This document shows positions 33,301 through 42,082 of a stretch of 64,000 bases of DNA, in pieces. Every line of letters starts with the position of its first letter. Positions within the stretch are counted from its first letter, which is position 1. The translations under genes were made by a program, and so were the position numbers. The notes beneath the pieces are model-generated. The model saw only the letters and a program-made list of their open reading frames with translations, was not told the origin of the DNA and ran no database searches. This DNA is from Bdellovibrionales bacterium (GTDB lineage Bacteria; Bdellovibrionota; Bdellovibrionia; Bdellovibrionales; UBA1609): assembly GCA_027317865.1 (NCBI GenBank), contig DAHVQG010000006.1:96001-160000 (forward strand). The letters run 5' to 3'.

Positions 33301-34404
33301 CTTGGTCCGCTTAATATTCCGGTTTCAATAAATGGCAGCTTCAAAGATTCGCGATTTGATGTTCCTAAAGGCTTCAAAACTCACGGCAGCGGCGAGTTTT
33401 ACGTGAGGGGCAGTTGGTTCCCTTATACATTGGGTGTGAATTATGTCGTGGATTCCGGTTCGATTGAGCCGAAAAACAGTTCGCCCAAAAAAACAGAACC
33501 AGTGGTTAAGCCGAGTATTTATTTGCCGAAATTTCTGACAGCGCGACGCTTTTCGCCGATTAAGCTCGCGATGAACATCAGCATTCCCAATGAGATCCCC
33601 GTTCATATGATGATCAGCAGGCTCAATATCCAGTCGCAAATCAGCGGCCAATTACATATTGCCGGGACCCCTCAATATCCTTTGTTTACTGGAAACATCG
33701 TGGGAGCCAAAGGCGGCAAAGTTGGTTTTCGCGACAATACTTTTGATTTATCGAGTGCAAAGGTGACCTACCAAAACGCTCCACCTGACGATCCTGTTCT
33801 CGAAGTACGCGGCTCGACAAAGTTGACCGCATATTTAAAAAATTCAGAAACCAGGGACTTTGACGTGGACTTGGCGGTGCGTGGACCGGCAAAAAACCCG
33901 AAGATAATGTTGACCAGCGATCCGCCGCTTTCGCAATCCGATCTTATTTCGCTTTTGACGCTTGGATTTATCAGCGAAAATCCGCAAGATTTTACGGCGC
34001 AAAACCAAATAAACGTGGCCAACCCAAATTCACAACTGGCGAACACCGGTGCGCAATTTGGCACAGCTCTTATATCCGACTCGCTCGGGCTAAACAGCAT
34101 TTTTGAAAAGAAATTAGGTGTGCACCTCAATATTTCGTCATCGTATGACTCAATCGACCAGACGACTAAACCCACAATTACAGCAAGTAAACAGTGGAAC
34201 CCGCGATTTGGCACGACAGTAAGCCGCGAAATTGGTACGGTAAACGTCAACAATTTTTCGGCTGAATACAAACTGAACAATAACGTTTCGGTTCTTGGCA
34301 GCTGGGAGGGGCGACAAATGAGCGGCGCCGACCAATCGCCTCTCGATCAAGAAAACAATGACATTTTCGGTCTTGATCTACAATACAAGCGGGAGTTCAA
34401 ATAA
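30334..34404 (+). CDS. tamB: Translocation/assembly module TamB (AsmA-like)
   Basis: N-terminal anchor, long beta-taenia, SDPPLSQSDLISLLTLG DUF490-type motif. Confidence 0.88.
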   Translation: MNYRHTIKLSLAMAGLFFMLGFFYKYHLPRIEQWLLVEIESVSQTHSPVRIWPKKLEINLIPIGITLKDVRLLPQKNLAGYLKPTSVGKVELRLNLFDLLAGQIHFSRVTIADATFDFNVSQRYTKFILPHQGRPSSRKKIPLSLERLASWPVSGLQLQNITLNAKLSDPAVQVHVASVRLMAESEYRSLRTNLSAHDVQIQKNGSPVIYRANLRTNFLLDREGIYFSRLELSRGQSFVSAAGAIEGNVLSSEIKKVHVDVESKADMKDVTKILRETDATRVVPKMWGLAKIDGGFDYKPRRPIHSWFKVQTAHFGVDNILVGNATFHGKTDGSSIRMWSSKIKNIYGEVDIPHAALSLDHDQNLNFVLKSQNFDLQQFFRSLDLTEIPVYVQIHGNMPCSGHLKPPFEITCKGSAAGQNFSVNTSVQKPAFNVVRLNHVAANGQVSVTPTGVSYQANLLIGSKKGQQSQGESSGQISFLHGFKIQYSTDKLQFQNVANLAGLDVKGLLAVKGTTQGNSQTATIDLAATGDHIGLLNYEVGRPQFQMRYKSGVLSFSHILGVLGKTRYDGELAINLIKNRIELTAKSPFLEVSDLTRALSRTFKPPIAFSGTGDGSLKLWGPLKLNQLSYDLGTNLFRGSIAGESFDQLTFDVSSRNGDIQTRNVNLKKGGGSVDLIGSMDPKGRLNLRANGQGFQIEQFEAISNLGLNVTGNVSFQAHLTGPITAPTFRAHGRLSQTTVGSQPAGDSYFHLLVDPKKIDLGAQLLGNTLAGRWQRVRGLSGSSDFQFNISNWNFADSLSALSDSIQIGSYVTKLSANGEVSFPNRDWRMFSGHLTVNNFEMQNGVTEMSTKSPMTLTARDGVVQAKNFHFTGTDNTFVRLQSDASQPGQLALSLNGNVDLSLMSLFTPFLNDLRGTNRFSLLLTGVVDHPHFSGAFDIRNALVKIKGFPHAFEQMSSDITFNNNRISINSVKGRIAGGLLLANGHVSVLGPLNIPVSINGSFKDSRFDVPKGFKTHGSGEFYVRGSWFPYTLGVNYVVDSGSIEPKNSSPKKTEPVVKPSIYLPKFLTARRFSPIKLAMNISIPNEIPVHMMISRLNIQSQISGQLHIAGTPQYPLFTGNIVGAKGGKVGFRDNTFDLSSAKVTYQNAPPDDPVLEVRGSTKLTAYLKNSETRDFDVDLAVRGPAKNPKIMLTSDPPLSQSDLISLLTLGFISENPQDFTAQNQINVANPNSQLANTGAQFGTALISDSLGLNSIFEKKLGVHLNISSSYDSIDQTTKPTITASKQWNPRFGTTVSREIGTVNVNNFSAEYKLNNNVSVLGSWEGRQMSGADQSPLDQENNDIFGLDLQYKREFK

Positions 34405-37197
34405 ATGCGGGGTTCGAGTCGCAAAATATTCATCGCTCTCATTTTGCTGACCGGTTTTTTTGCCCAGGTCGCGCTTGCCGCTCACGTTCGGTTCGAAGGC
34501 GTTACCAAAGCCGACCGTATTTTTTTGGAACAAAAAATCCCCGCTTTGGCGACACCGCACCCTACCGTATCGGCTCTTGACGAGGCAATTCGCGACCTTA
34601 TGGAGACGAACCAGTATCAAACCGTTTCGGTATTTAAAAGCGATTCGGGCGCGTACACGCTTGTGGGGTTGATTCTTCGACGTATCGGAGCCATTGAAGT
34701 CGGCGGCAATCGTGCGATTTCGAAAACCGATATTCTTCATGCCCTCGGGCTAAAAATTGGTATGCGGCTTGATACTGTCCGGCTCGAAAACGCGATTGAG
34801 AAGGTTAAAGAATTATACGGCAAGCGCGGGTACTTTAACGCCATTGTCGGTTTTAGTTTCGCGTACATTAATCCGACGGAAGTAAAACTTTTGGTGAGCG
34901 TTCGCGAGCGGCCGCCATGTATTATCACAGATGTTCATTTTCTCTCCAGCAATTCGCATCTCAATAAAAAATTGCGGCACATCATTCGCGACGACATCAA
35001 CCGCCCATTTGCCGAAAATACAGTCCTGAACATAGAAAACGACGTAAACGACTATTTGCGCGGCCATCGTTTTATTAACGCTGTACTTTCTGAAAAAAAT
35101 GTTAATTACAACGCCGGCCACACAACGGCCGTGTTGAATTACGAAATCAGCGACCCGTATTCGTATCAACTTTTTATTTACGGTACTAAGTACTATACGG
35201 ATCGCGATGTCATTCGCGATTTGCATCTCGGCAGCTTCACTCGCGGGAGTCACGACCCAGCTCTCGATATTACAAATGAGATTCGGGCAAATTACGTTCG
35301 CACCGGCTTTCCGAACGTTAAAATTAGAACGCGGCAACGGGTTTTCAAGCATCCCATGATAAAGCGTCTTATCATTCACATCAAAGAGGGCTCGCGCGTT
35401 GCGATAGACAAAATTGAAATCCTCGGCCGCATTTCACGGCCGGCGCAATATTACGCTTCGTTTATCGAAAGCCACAGTTCGAGCATTGTGAGCCGCGGCT
35501 ATTACGTCAAAGTTGATCTTGACAACGGATTTAAAAATTTAATTACAGAACTGAATAATCAAGGTTACTTAAGGGCGAAAATTGTCTCTGATCGGGTGGC
35601 TTTTAATAAAAAAGGTACCGAGGTGCGGGTTATCGTGACATTGGACGAAGGCCCGCTTACCGAATTGACCCACATACAATTCTCAGGAGTGCATGCCTAC
35701 ACTCCCCAAAAACTATTAAAACAAATTTCGCTGCAACCCAATACTCCGCTGCATCTCAATCATCTTGAAGACAGCATTCACAAACTCATTTCATTTTATG
35801 AAAACCACGGCTATCTCGAGATGCGTCTACTCAATGAAAACCAAAATCTCGTGACGTATTCGCCCGACGGGCTGGCGGCAACCGTGCATTTTGATATTTA
35901 CGAGGGGCCACAGATTTACGTGAAGTCGATCGACATTGAGGGTAACACGATTACAAAAGATTTTGTGATCCGCAGGTACCTGACCGTTAAACCGGGCGAT
36001 CTTTTAACGCCCGCATTGCTCGAAGAAAACCGGCGTTTGCTTGAAGAGACAAATTTATTTTCGAGCGTCGACATTCACACGCTTTACGCCGGCACAAAAA
36101 TTTCTCACCGCCCACTCGCGGTCGTCGTAACGGACCGTAATCCGGGTTTATTTAAAGTCGGCGTTGGGGTGACCAACAAAAACGGTATTACAGCGCGGGG
36201 CCGCGGGGGTATTTCTTATAACAATATCGCCGGCACGGGCCGCGCGGTCAGTTTATACGGGGTTATCGAATCCAGTTTGATTCACCCGAATTGGCTCGAA
36301 TACGAAGTTGATGCCGGTTACAAAGAACCATTTTTGTTTGACACGCGTTGGATGGGCCGGATTAACGTCGGCCACTCCGAATATTTGCTCAACATTGCAA
36401 ACAACCAGCTTCTTGCCACCGATCTCATGACGCTTTCAGCAGAACGTGACATTAATTCGCATACCAAATTGACGTGGGTCGCCTGGGGGTTAAATGGTGA
36501 ATCCGAATACACCATCCCCAGTTTCGGCTCGCGTATTATGGATTACTCAGTCCGCATCGCTTATATCGGACCAATCCTCGATATCAACTATACCGACAAC
36601 CGGTTCTTGCCGTCTGAAGGGAGCTCCGGGCGGTGGGATGCAATTTATGCAGCACCTGCATTCGGCAGTTCAAACCAGGTCGATTTTTACCGTACTGAAG
36701 CGACGGTCGCGCACTATACGCGACTATTCGGTTCAAAAAATTGGGTTTGGTCGAATGAAGTGCGCGGCGGCTACGAAAAAAATATCAGCAAAATCCCGGG
36801 CAGCGGCGTGCCACTCAGCTACGCATTTTTTCTAGGAGGTTATGACACTCTTGAAGGTTACAGCGGATACGGCAACGATCGTGACCCGAACGGAGTGGAA
36901 TTTCCAATTAACCCATCTACCGATCTTTATGTGATCCCGCGATCAAGTGATTATTATTTACTTCGATCTGAGATTCGCTATCCGATTTACGGCAGTTTCG
37001 GTGGTGTGGTTTTTTACGACGCTGGTGAAGTCGATATTGCCGGCCAGGTTTTTCATGATCCGCTCAGGCAAAGCGCCGGTATCGGATTTCGCATTAACAC
37101 GCCTGTTGGGCCACTCAGCCTCGATTACGGTCAAAAACTGAATCGTCAACCGGGTGAATCTCCCGGAGCGATTCAGTTATACATTGGAACATTTTAA
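34405..37197 (+). CDS. Omp85 family protein (TamA/BamA-like) with many POTRA domains
   Basis: Repeated POTRA units; FFLGG..TLEGY, GIGFRINTPVGPLSLDYG, terminal F. Confidence 0.9.
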   Translation: MRGSSRKIFIALILLTGFFAQVALAAHVRFEGVTKADRIFLEQKIPALATPHPTVSALDEAIRDLMETNQYQTVSVFKSDSGAYTLVGLILRRIGAIEVGGNRAISKTDILHALGLKIGMRLDTVRLENAIEKVKELYGKRGYFNAIVGFSFAYINPTEVKLLVSVRERPPCIITDVHFLSSNSHLNKKLRHIIRDDINRPFAENTVLNIENDVNDYLRGHRFINAVLSEKNVNYNAGHTTAVLNYEISDPYSYQLFIYGTKYYTDRDVIRDLHLGSFTRGSHDPALDITNEIRANYVRTGFPNVKIRTRQRVFKHPMIKRLIIHIKEGSRVAIDKIEILGRISRPAQYYASFIESHSSSIVSRGYYVKVDLDNGFKNLITELNNQGYLRAKIVSDRVAFNKKGTEVRVIVTLDEGPLTELTHIQFSGVHAYTPQKLLKQISLQPNTPLHLNHLEDSIHKLISFYENHGYLEMRLLNENQNLVTYSPDGLAATVHFDIYEGPQIYVKSIDIEGNTITKDFVIRRYLTVKPGDLLTPALLEENRRLLEETNLFSSVDIHTLYAGTKISHRPLAVVVTDRNPGLFKVGVGVTNKNGITARGRGGISYNNIAGTGRAVSLYGVIESSLIHPNWLEYEVDAGYKEPFLFDTRWMGRINVGHSEYLLNIANNQLLATDLMTLSAERDINSHTKLTWVAWGLNGESEYTIPSFGSRIMDYSVRIAYIGPILDINYTDNRFLPSEGSSGRWDAIYAAPAFGSSNQVDFYRTEATVAHYTRLFGSKNWVWSNEVRGGYEKNISKIPGSGVPLSYAFFLGGYDTLEGYSGYGNDRDPNGVEFPINPSTDLYVIPRSSDYYLLRSEIRYPIYGSFGGVVFYDAGEVDIAGQVFHDPLRQSAGIGFRINTPVGPLSLDYGQKLNRQPGESPGAIQLYIGTF

Positions 37198-38684
37198 GGC
37201 GGGCACGCGAGTGCGCCGCTTGTGCAAAGAGACGCAATCGTTTGCGAGTCGGCACCAAACATGTTGGGTACGGGTTGCCCCCGCATTTGCGCGCGTACGG
37301 TTGGCGTGTTGAGTGCGCCACCGGTCGTCGCGCTCGTTGTTGTCGTTGCAGCCGTGCTGGCAAGTGATGTGCTGCCGGTTGTGGTGCTAGGCGTATTAAT
37401 CAACTGATCCAAAGTCGTTGCTCCTCCCGAAGCGGTTGTAGTTCCGGCGTTGGCAACCGGCTGGTTCTGCAGTGCCGTTGTACCCGCTTGATTGACGACT
37501 TTACCCTGCTCGAACGCTTGGCAAAGCGGATCGTTCGGATAGCTCCCGCACTGCGACTGAAGTTCCGTGTTGGTCAGTGATGTCAAACAGTCTTGGGGAT
37601 TCGGATTGCCATTACACGAAGTCGGGCGCGTGGCCAACCACTGGCATGCCGGGCTGCTCGCACTGTACGACGCACAATACGTTTGCGCAGTGCTTGCGAT
37701 ACAGTAACTCGCATTTGCAGTTGAGAGCGCACAGTAACTTTGTTGAAAAGTTCCGCAACCGGCACCGCCTTGATTTTCAGGTTTGCTACAATATTGCATC
37801 AGCACGGGCTGGCAAGCCGTAGTCATATAATTGTCAGACGTTTTACAGTCCGTCGTTGTACCATCGGGATTGTGGATGATCCCATTGGCGTAATCCGCCG
37901 CAATCTTCGCGCGCCGATTCGCATCGTTATGATGTTGAATGGCTTTGACGATGCCGACTGTGGCGCCAACCGCAGCGACGCCGAGACCAACTTTGACTGC
38001 GGTCCAGCCTGTTTCGGCACTTGCAGCCTCGGTTCCGGTCACCGTTTCTAACGCCTTTGCCTCTGTTATAAAATCACGTTCAAGGACTTTGCAGTTTTGT
38101 GCAAGCATTTTGTTTGTTCCCGGCATGTTACAAGTCTTAGGATCCATACATATATCGCCGCTCGGTGGGACAAACTTTGTTGTAACAGCAGTGCTCAGGT
38201 TAGTCGCTAGGTTGTTGAAGCTCGACGAATAGTCCGCCATGTTTTTAAATGCCTCAACATCGGAGATGGGAGTAAGCAGTGAGCCAAATTTGTTATTGGT
38301 CATTCCCTGATACTTTTGCTCGGCCGAACATAACTGCGAATTCATTATTGTGTTCATTTGCGAAATCGTCGCATTGAGCGAATTCGCAGCCCCATCGACC
38401 ATTGCTATGCATTCGTTCTGGGCTGTGACCGCCGCTGCATTCGATGGCACTGCCGCTGGTGGTGGCTTAGTAGCATTAAATGTATTTAATGCAGCCAAAG
38501 TGCCTGCGTTAGCGCCAGTGGCCTTTGCCGTATTAAAAGCAGTACAACTTAGAAAACCGGTACCCGTCCCGGCACCCCACCCCTTCTGGCCGCTAAACAA
38601 AATTAGGCTCATGGTGAGTGGTGCAAGCGCGAGTGGCGCAAGAAATGTGCGGAATTGATCAAGATTTTCCGTAAGTTTTGCCAT
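37194..38684 (-). CDS. Cysteine-rich exported protein of unknown function
   Basis: GGGGGA RBS, signal-like segment, about 20 Cys, internal Gly/Val hydrophobic helix. Confidence 0.75.
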   Translation of the reverse strand: MAKLTENLDQFRTFLAPLALAPLTMSLILFSGQKGWGAGTGTGFLSCTAFNTAKATGANAGTLAALNTFNATKPPPAAVPSNAAAVTAQNECIAMVDGAANSLNATISQMNTIMNSQLCSAEQKYQGMTNNKFGSLLTPISDVEAFKNMADYSSSFNNLATNLSTAVTTKFVPPSGDICMDPKTCNMPGTNKMLAQNCKVLERDFITEAKALETVTGTEAASAETGWTAVKVGLGVAAVGATVGIVKAIQHHNDANRRAKIAADYANGIIHNPDGTTTDCKTSDNYMTTACQPVLMQYCSKPENQGGAGCGTFQQSYCALSTANASYCIASTAQTYCASYSASSPACQWLATRPTSCNGNPNPQDCLTSLTNTELQSQCGSYPNDPLCQAFEQGKVVNQAGTTALQNQPVANAGTTTASGGATTLDQLINTPSTTTGSTSLASTAATTTTSATTGGALNTPTVRAQMRGQPVPNMFGADSQTIASLCTSGALACPP

Positions 38685-38706
38685 GAACTCCCCCTGGTAC
38701 AAATCT

Positions 38707-38733
38707 TTATCGGCACAAAAGACCCGCGACTTA
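38707..38733 (-). promoter_or_regulatory. Sigma28 (FliA) promoter
   Basis: TAAG-N15-GCCGATAA. Confidence 0.8.
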
Positions 38734-38801
38734 AATCGAGACTTTCAGCGCGCAACGCGCGAACACGACAGTCGCGGTCAATGGCACTACTAGACTATAA
38801 G

Positions 38802-38817
38802 AGCAAATAAAATGCCA
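38802..38817 (-). promoter_or_regulatory. Sigma54 -24/-12 promoter
   Basis: TGGCATTTTATTTGCT (GG-N10-GC). Confidence 0.6.
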
Positions 38818-39040
38818 ATGCCGTCGACACTACGGTCAACCGCCGGAGCAAATCCGCGCGTAACCGAGCGCGCAAACAGCGACATTCTTTCAACAATCTC
38901 ATTTTGATACGAAAAAAGTTTAGACGGTTGTCGCACGAGACTTTGACAAAACGGCAATTTGAAAAGCGCGCTTAAGGCGACTGAGCAACCAGCCGCCCAC
39001 GGGATCTCAACTCGGGTTTACCATAGTTGGATTAGCCCTA

Positions 39041-39166
39041 TCAGCGTAAGGTGTTTCTAAAAAAATCCATTATGAACTTGAAAATTTCCAAAAGAAGCAG
39101 GGCAACTTTCAAAATACTCTCAAGTTCTTTTCTGAATTTCCGACCATACCCATAGGTGTTTGGCAT
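39041..39166 (-). CDS. 41-aa basic/amphipathic small protein, candidate type I toxin (below ORF-track cutoff)
   Basis: AAAGGAGG 5 nt before ATG; MPNTYGYGRKFRKELESILKVALLLLEIFKFIMDFFRNTLR. Confidence 0.5.
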   Translation of the reverse strand: MPNTYGYGRKFRKELESILKVALLLLEIFKFIMDFFRNTLR

Positions 39167-39235
39167 ATGGTCCTCCTTTCTCTCTTGCGAGTGTTAGGAG
39201 TCGAAAACCCGACTGGTCGCTCAGTCGGGTTTTTT
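39153..39235 (+). ncRNA. Putative ~80-nt sRNA with anti-SD motif
   Basis: TCAA-N15-TCCGACCA promoter at 39120-39146, CCTCCTTTCT core, strong terminator; 5' end approximate. Confidence 0.55.
39204..39235 (+). terminator. Intrinsic terminator, possibly bidirectional
   Basis: AAAACCCGACTG-gtcgct-CAGTCGGGTTTT plus T run. Confidence 0.85.
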
Positions 39236-39404
39236 GTTAGCAACCGGCGTTCCATGCCCAAATAAAATGTGACTTGAGCACAATAGAATTTCTATCCGTA
39301 ACGTTCCGAAATTCGGAGCGATGAAATTGCGGTGAAAATCCGCAAATATGACAGGGGCAAAAGACGCGTAATGGCTCGACTTACTACTATAGAAATGGCA
39401 TAAA

Positions 39405-40004
39405 ATGGGCATGATAAATTCAATAACTCACGATATGCAGCCCGACAAAAAAACCGTCACCACCAAAACCATAGCCACCGAAATTCTACTTTGGTTTTTG
39501 GGTATCGCATTTGTATCGATTCTAGCACAAGTCGTGATTCCGTTACCGTGGACTCCGGTACCAATCACCGGCCAAACTTTCGGCGTCGCGCTGATGGCGC
39601 TACTATTCGGACGCAATCGCGCGTTTTCTGTCATGGGCACATATCTTCTCATCGGAGCTTTAGGCGCTCCGGTTTTTTCAGCCGGAACATCGGGGCTTCT
39701 AATGGGCCCAACGGTTGGCTATTTGTTTGGCATGTCGCTCGGCGCTTTGGTCATCGGTGAACTCGCCAATCGCGGCGCATGTAAATCATGGCTGACGGCA
39801 TTTTTTGCCGCCGCCTGCGGCAGTGTTATTACCTTCACTCTGGGAGTAATCGTACTGGGTCATTTTATCGGTGGTCACACGACAGGCGCGGGTAACGCGG
39901 CCGGTTTGCTTATTATGGGAGTTCTTCCATTTCTACCAGGAGATTTTTTGAAGAACGCGCTTGCGGCCGCTATTGCCGTGCAGGCGCATAAACGCGTTCG
40001 GTGA
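39405..40004 (+). CDS. bioY: Biotin transporter BioY
   Basis: PVPITGQTF, GPTVGYL, GVLPFLPGD. Confidence 0.93.
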   Translation: MGMINSITHDMQPDKKTVTTKTIATEILLWFLGIAFVSILAQVVIPLPWTPVPITGQTFGVALMALLFGRNRAFSVMGTYLLIGALGAPVFSAGTSGLLMGPTVGYLFGMSLGALVIGELANRGACKSWLTAFFAAACGSVITFTLGVIVLGHFIGGHTTGAGNAAGLLIMGVLPFLPGDFLKNALAAAIAVQAHKRVR

Positions 40005-40482
40005 GCGCAAACACGCCGAAAGCCACTGCTACTGTTGCTACTGTTGAAACGACGAGGTTCGGAAAAAACGGCAACGCCATTGCATAACATTCCACAAGAC
40101 CGGCCATTGTTTTCACGTACATCCCGCTCCAGAGCCAAACGCCAAGGTTGCTGGCGAGAAAAAATAAAATTGCCGACAATAGTCCCGAGAGTAAAAGATT
40201 GCTGACGCGACGGCGGCGAATGAGCCAACCGGCGCCAAACGCAAGCGCATAACCTAAATAGACAAGTGAAATGCCGCTGTAAAAACCAATGGCGAAATCG
40301 CTCGCCACCAAAAGTATCAACATTACAGCTAACAGTAATGGGTTACGACGGCTCATAAAACCAACAAAAACCGCAATCCCGAGGAGGGGCGTAAAATCTA
40401 CTGCGTGCGGTAAAAATCGCGAACCGACTCCCGCAACGATCATCGCAAGCACCGAAATGAGCTCCCATTTTTTGAGTTGCAT
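39970..40482 (-). CDS. Putative transporter membrane protein (DUF6580-like)
   Basis: SRFLPH..DFTP, FFLASNLGVW, GLVECYAMALPFF. Confidence 0.7.
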   Translation of the reverse strand: MQLKKWELISVLAMIVAGVGSRFLPHAVDFTPLLGIAVFVGFMSRRNPLLLAVMLILLVASDFAIGFYSGISLVYLGYALAFGAGWLIRRRRVSNLLLSGLLSAILFFLASNLGVWLWSGMYVKTMAGLVECYAMALPFFPNLVVSTVATVAVAFGVFALTERVYAPARQ

Positions 40483-40568
40483 TGTAACCCTCCAAGCGCA
40501 ATAGTGACACGCGCAATATCACTGCACGATTTTAGCGCGATATTAGCGCACGATTTCGAGGAGCGCAA

Positions 40569-41348
40569 ATGAAACACAAAATCGTATTTGTTCGCCATGG
40601 TGAAAGCACCTGGAATCAAGAAAATCGCTTTACCGGGTGGACGGACGTCGATCTTTCTGAAAAAGGCGTCGAAGAGGCGCATTCAGCCGCTCGCCTCATT
40701 AAAGAAGCGAAGTTCGAATTTGATTGTGTCTTTACCTCGGTTTTGAAGCGCGCAATCCGCACCATGTGGTTCATTCTCGATGAAACCGATCAAATGTGGC
40801 TGCCCGTAACACGCGCCTGGCAACTCAACGAACGACATTACGGAGCGCTTCAAGGCTTAAACAAATCCGAAACTGCGGCAAAATATGGCGACGAGCAAGT
40901 GTTCACTTGGCGGCGAAGTTACGACATCCCGCCTGAAAAACTGAAGCGTTCGGACCCGCGCCATCCGAGTCACGACCGCCGCTACAACAGTTTAAAAAAA
41001 TCTGAATTGCCTGACACCGAATCACTCAAAACTTGCCAAGCTCGCGTGCTGCCGTTTTGGCGATCGAAAATTGTGCCGGCAATAAAAAGAAATCAGCGCG
41101 TGCTCATCGTCGCCCACGGCAATTCGTTGCGCGCACTTATTAAACATCTTGACGGAATTTCAGACGAAGAAATTAGCCAGCTTAACATCCCGACAGGAAT
41201 TCCACTTGTTTATGAACTCAACGATAAGATGAAACCCATTCGTCATTATTATTTGGGCGACCAAAATGCAGTAGCCGAAGCCGCAGCTAAAGTTGCCGGT
41301 CAAGCGAAGGCGCAAACAAATGTCGCGCCCTCACAAAACACGCATTAA
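40569..41348 (+). CDS. gpmA: 2,3-BPG-dependent phosphoglycerate mutase
   Basis: [26 protein letters not shown]. Confidence 0.97.
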   Translation: MKHKIVFVRHGESTWNQENRFTGWTDVDLSEKGVEEAHSAARLIKEAKFEFDCVFTSVLKRAIRTMWFILDETDQMWLPVTRAWQLNERHYGALQGLNKSETAAKYGDEQVFTWRRSYDIPPEKLKRSDPRHPSHDRRYNSLKKSELPDTESLKTCQARVLPFWRSKIVPAIKRNQRVLIVAHGNSLRALIKHLDGISDEEISQLNIPTGIPLVYELNDKMKPIRHYYLGDQNAVAEAAAKVAGQAKAQTNVAPSQNTH

Positions 41349-41357
41349 CCGTTAGTA

Positions 41358-41960
41358 TCAGTTCTGCGCGGTTTCGGATTTATGCTTCATCTTCCACTTG
41401 GCGGCATTGAGCGCGGTGTCGCAAACGTCTAGCTGCGTGGTCAATTCATGTTCGCGATGTTTTAATATTGCGTAATCCTGTCTAAAACGCGCAATGCGGT
41501 TTTTTAAATATTCCGTCTTAATGCCTATGATTTGATTCCGGTTATCTAAACCGACAATAAAATCTTTGCTGGAGTGAACAACGCGATCCATTGGTTCGGT
41601 CCACATCAGATGGCCATTACCGCCGTAGGCAGGGCTAACAAGTGCCGCCCGGCATTTTACAAGCGCACCGTAAATACCTTCAGAATGGTAATCTTCATCC
41701 CCGTACACGCGATCTTGTAAAGCATAGACTTTATTTTGCAAATCGCGGAGTTGCTCGCTCATAAGAACTTTCTTCTGCACAACGAGATCCCCATTTTTCA
41801 CGCCCAACTCTTCGTTTCCGGTTATGGGCTCGGCATATTTTAAATTGGAACTAATTTTATGGGCTTTGTATTGGTCATGGGCGCAACCCGCCAAAACGAG
41901 TCCAGTCGTCATTAGGCCAGCTAAAAATAGCTTCGCGGTCAGTTGTCGATTTACATACAT
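41358..41960 (-). CDS. Hypothetical lipoprotein
   Basis: Lipobox LAGC; GGAGG RBS; coiled coil. Confidence 0.7.
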   Translation of the reverse strand: MYVNRQLTAKLFLAGLMTTGLVLAGCAHDQYKAHKISSNLKYAEPITGNEELGVKNGDLVVQKKVLMSEQLRDLQNKVYALQDRVYGDEDYHSEGIYGALVKCRAALVSPAYGGNGHLMWTEPMDRVVHSSKDFIVGLDNRNQIIGIKTEYLKNRIARFRQDYAILKHREHELTTQLDVCDTALNAAKWKMKHKSETAQN

Positions 41961-42082
41961 CGTCAGCCTCCAATTGGTTGAAGCCACATTATCTAAAACT
42001 CGGCGCGGCAGTGCTATTCATAATCTTAAGCGTCATGTTACCGTCTACTCATTAGCCAAATGCTTGCTGCGGGAGTTTCACG

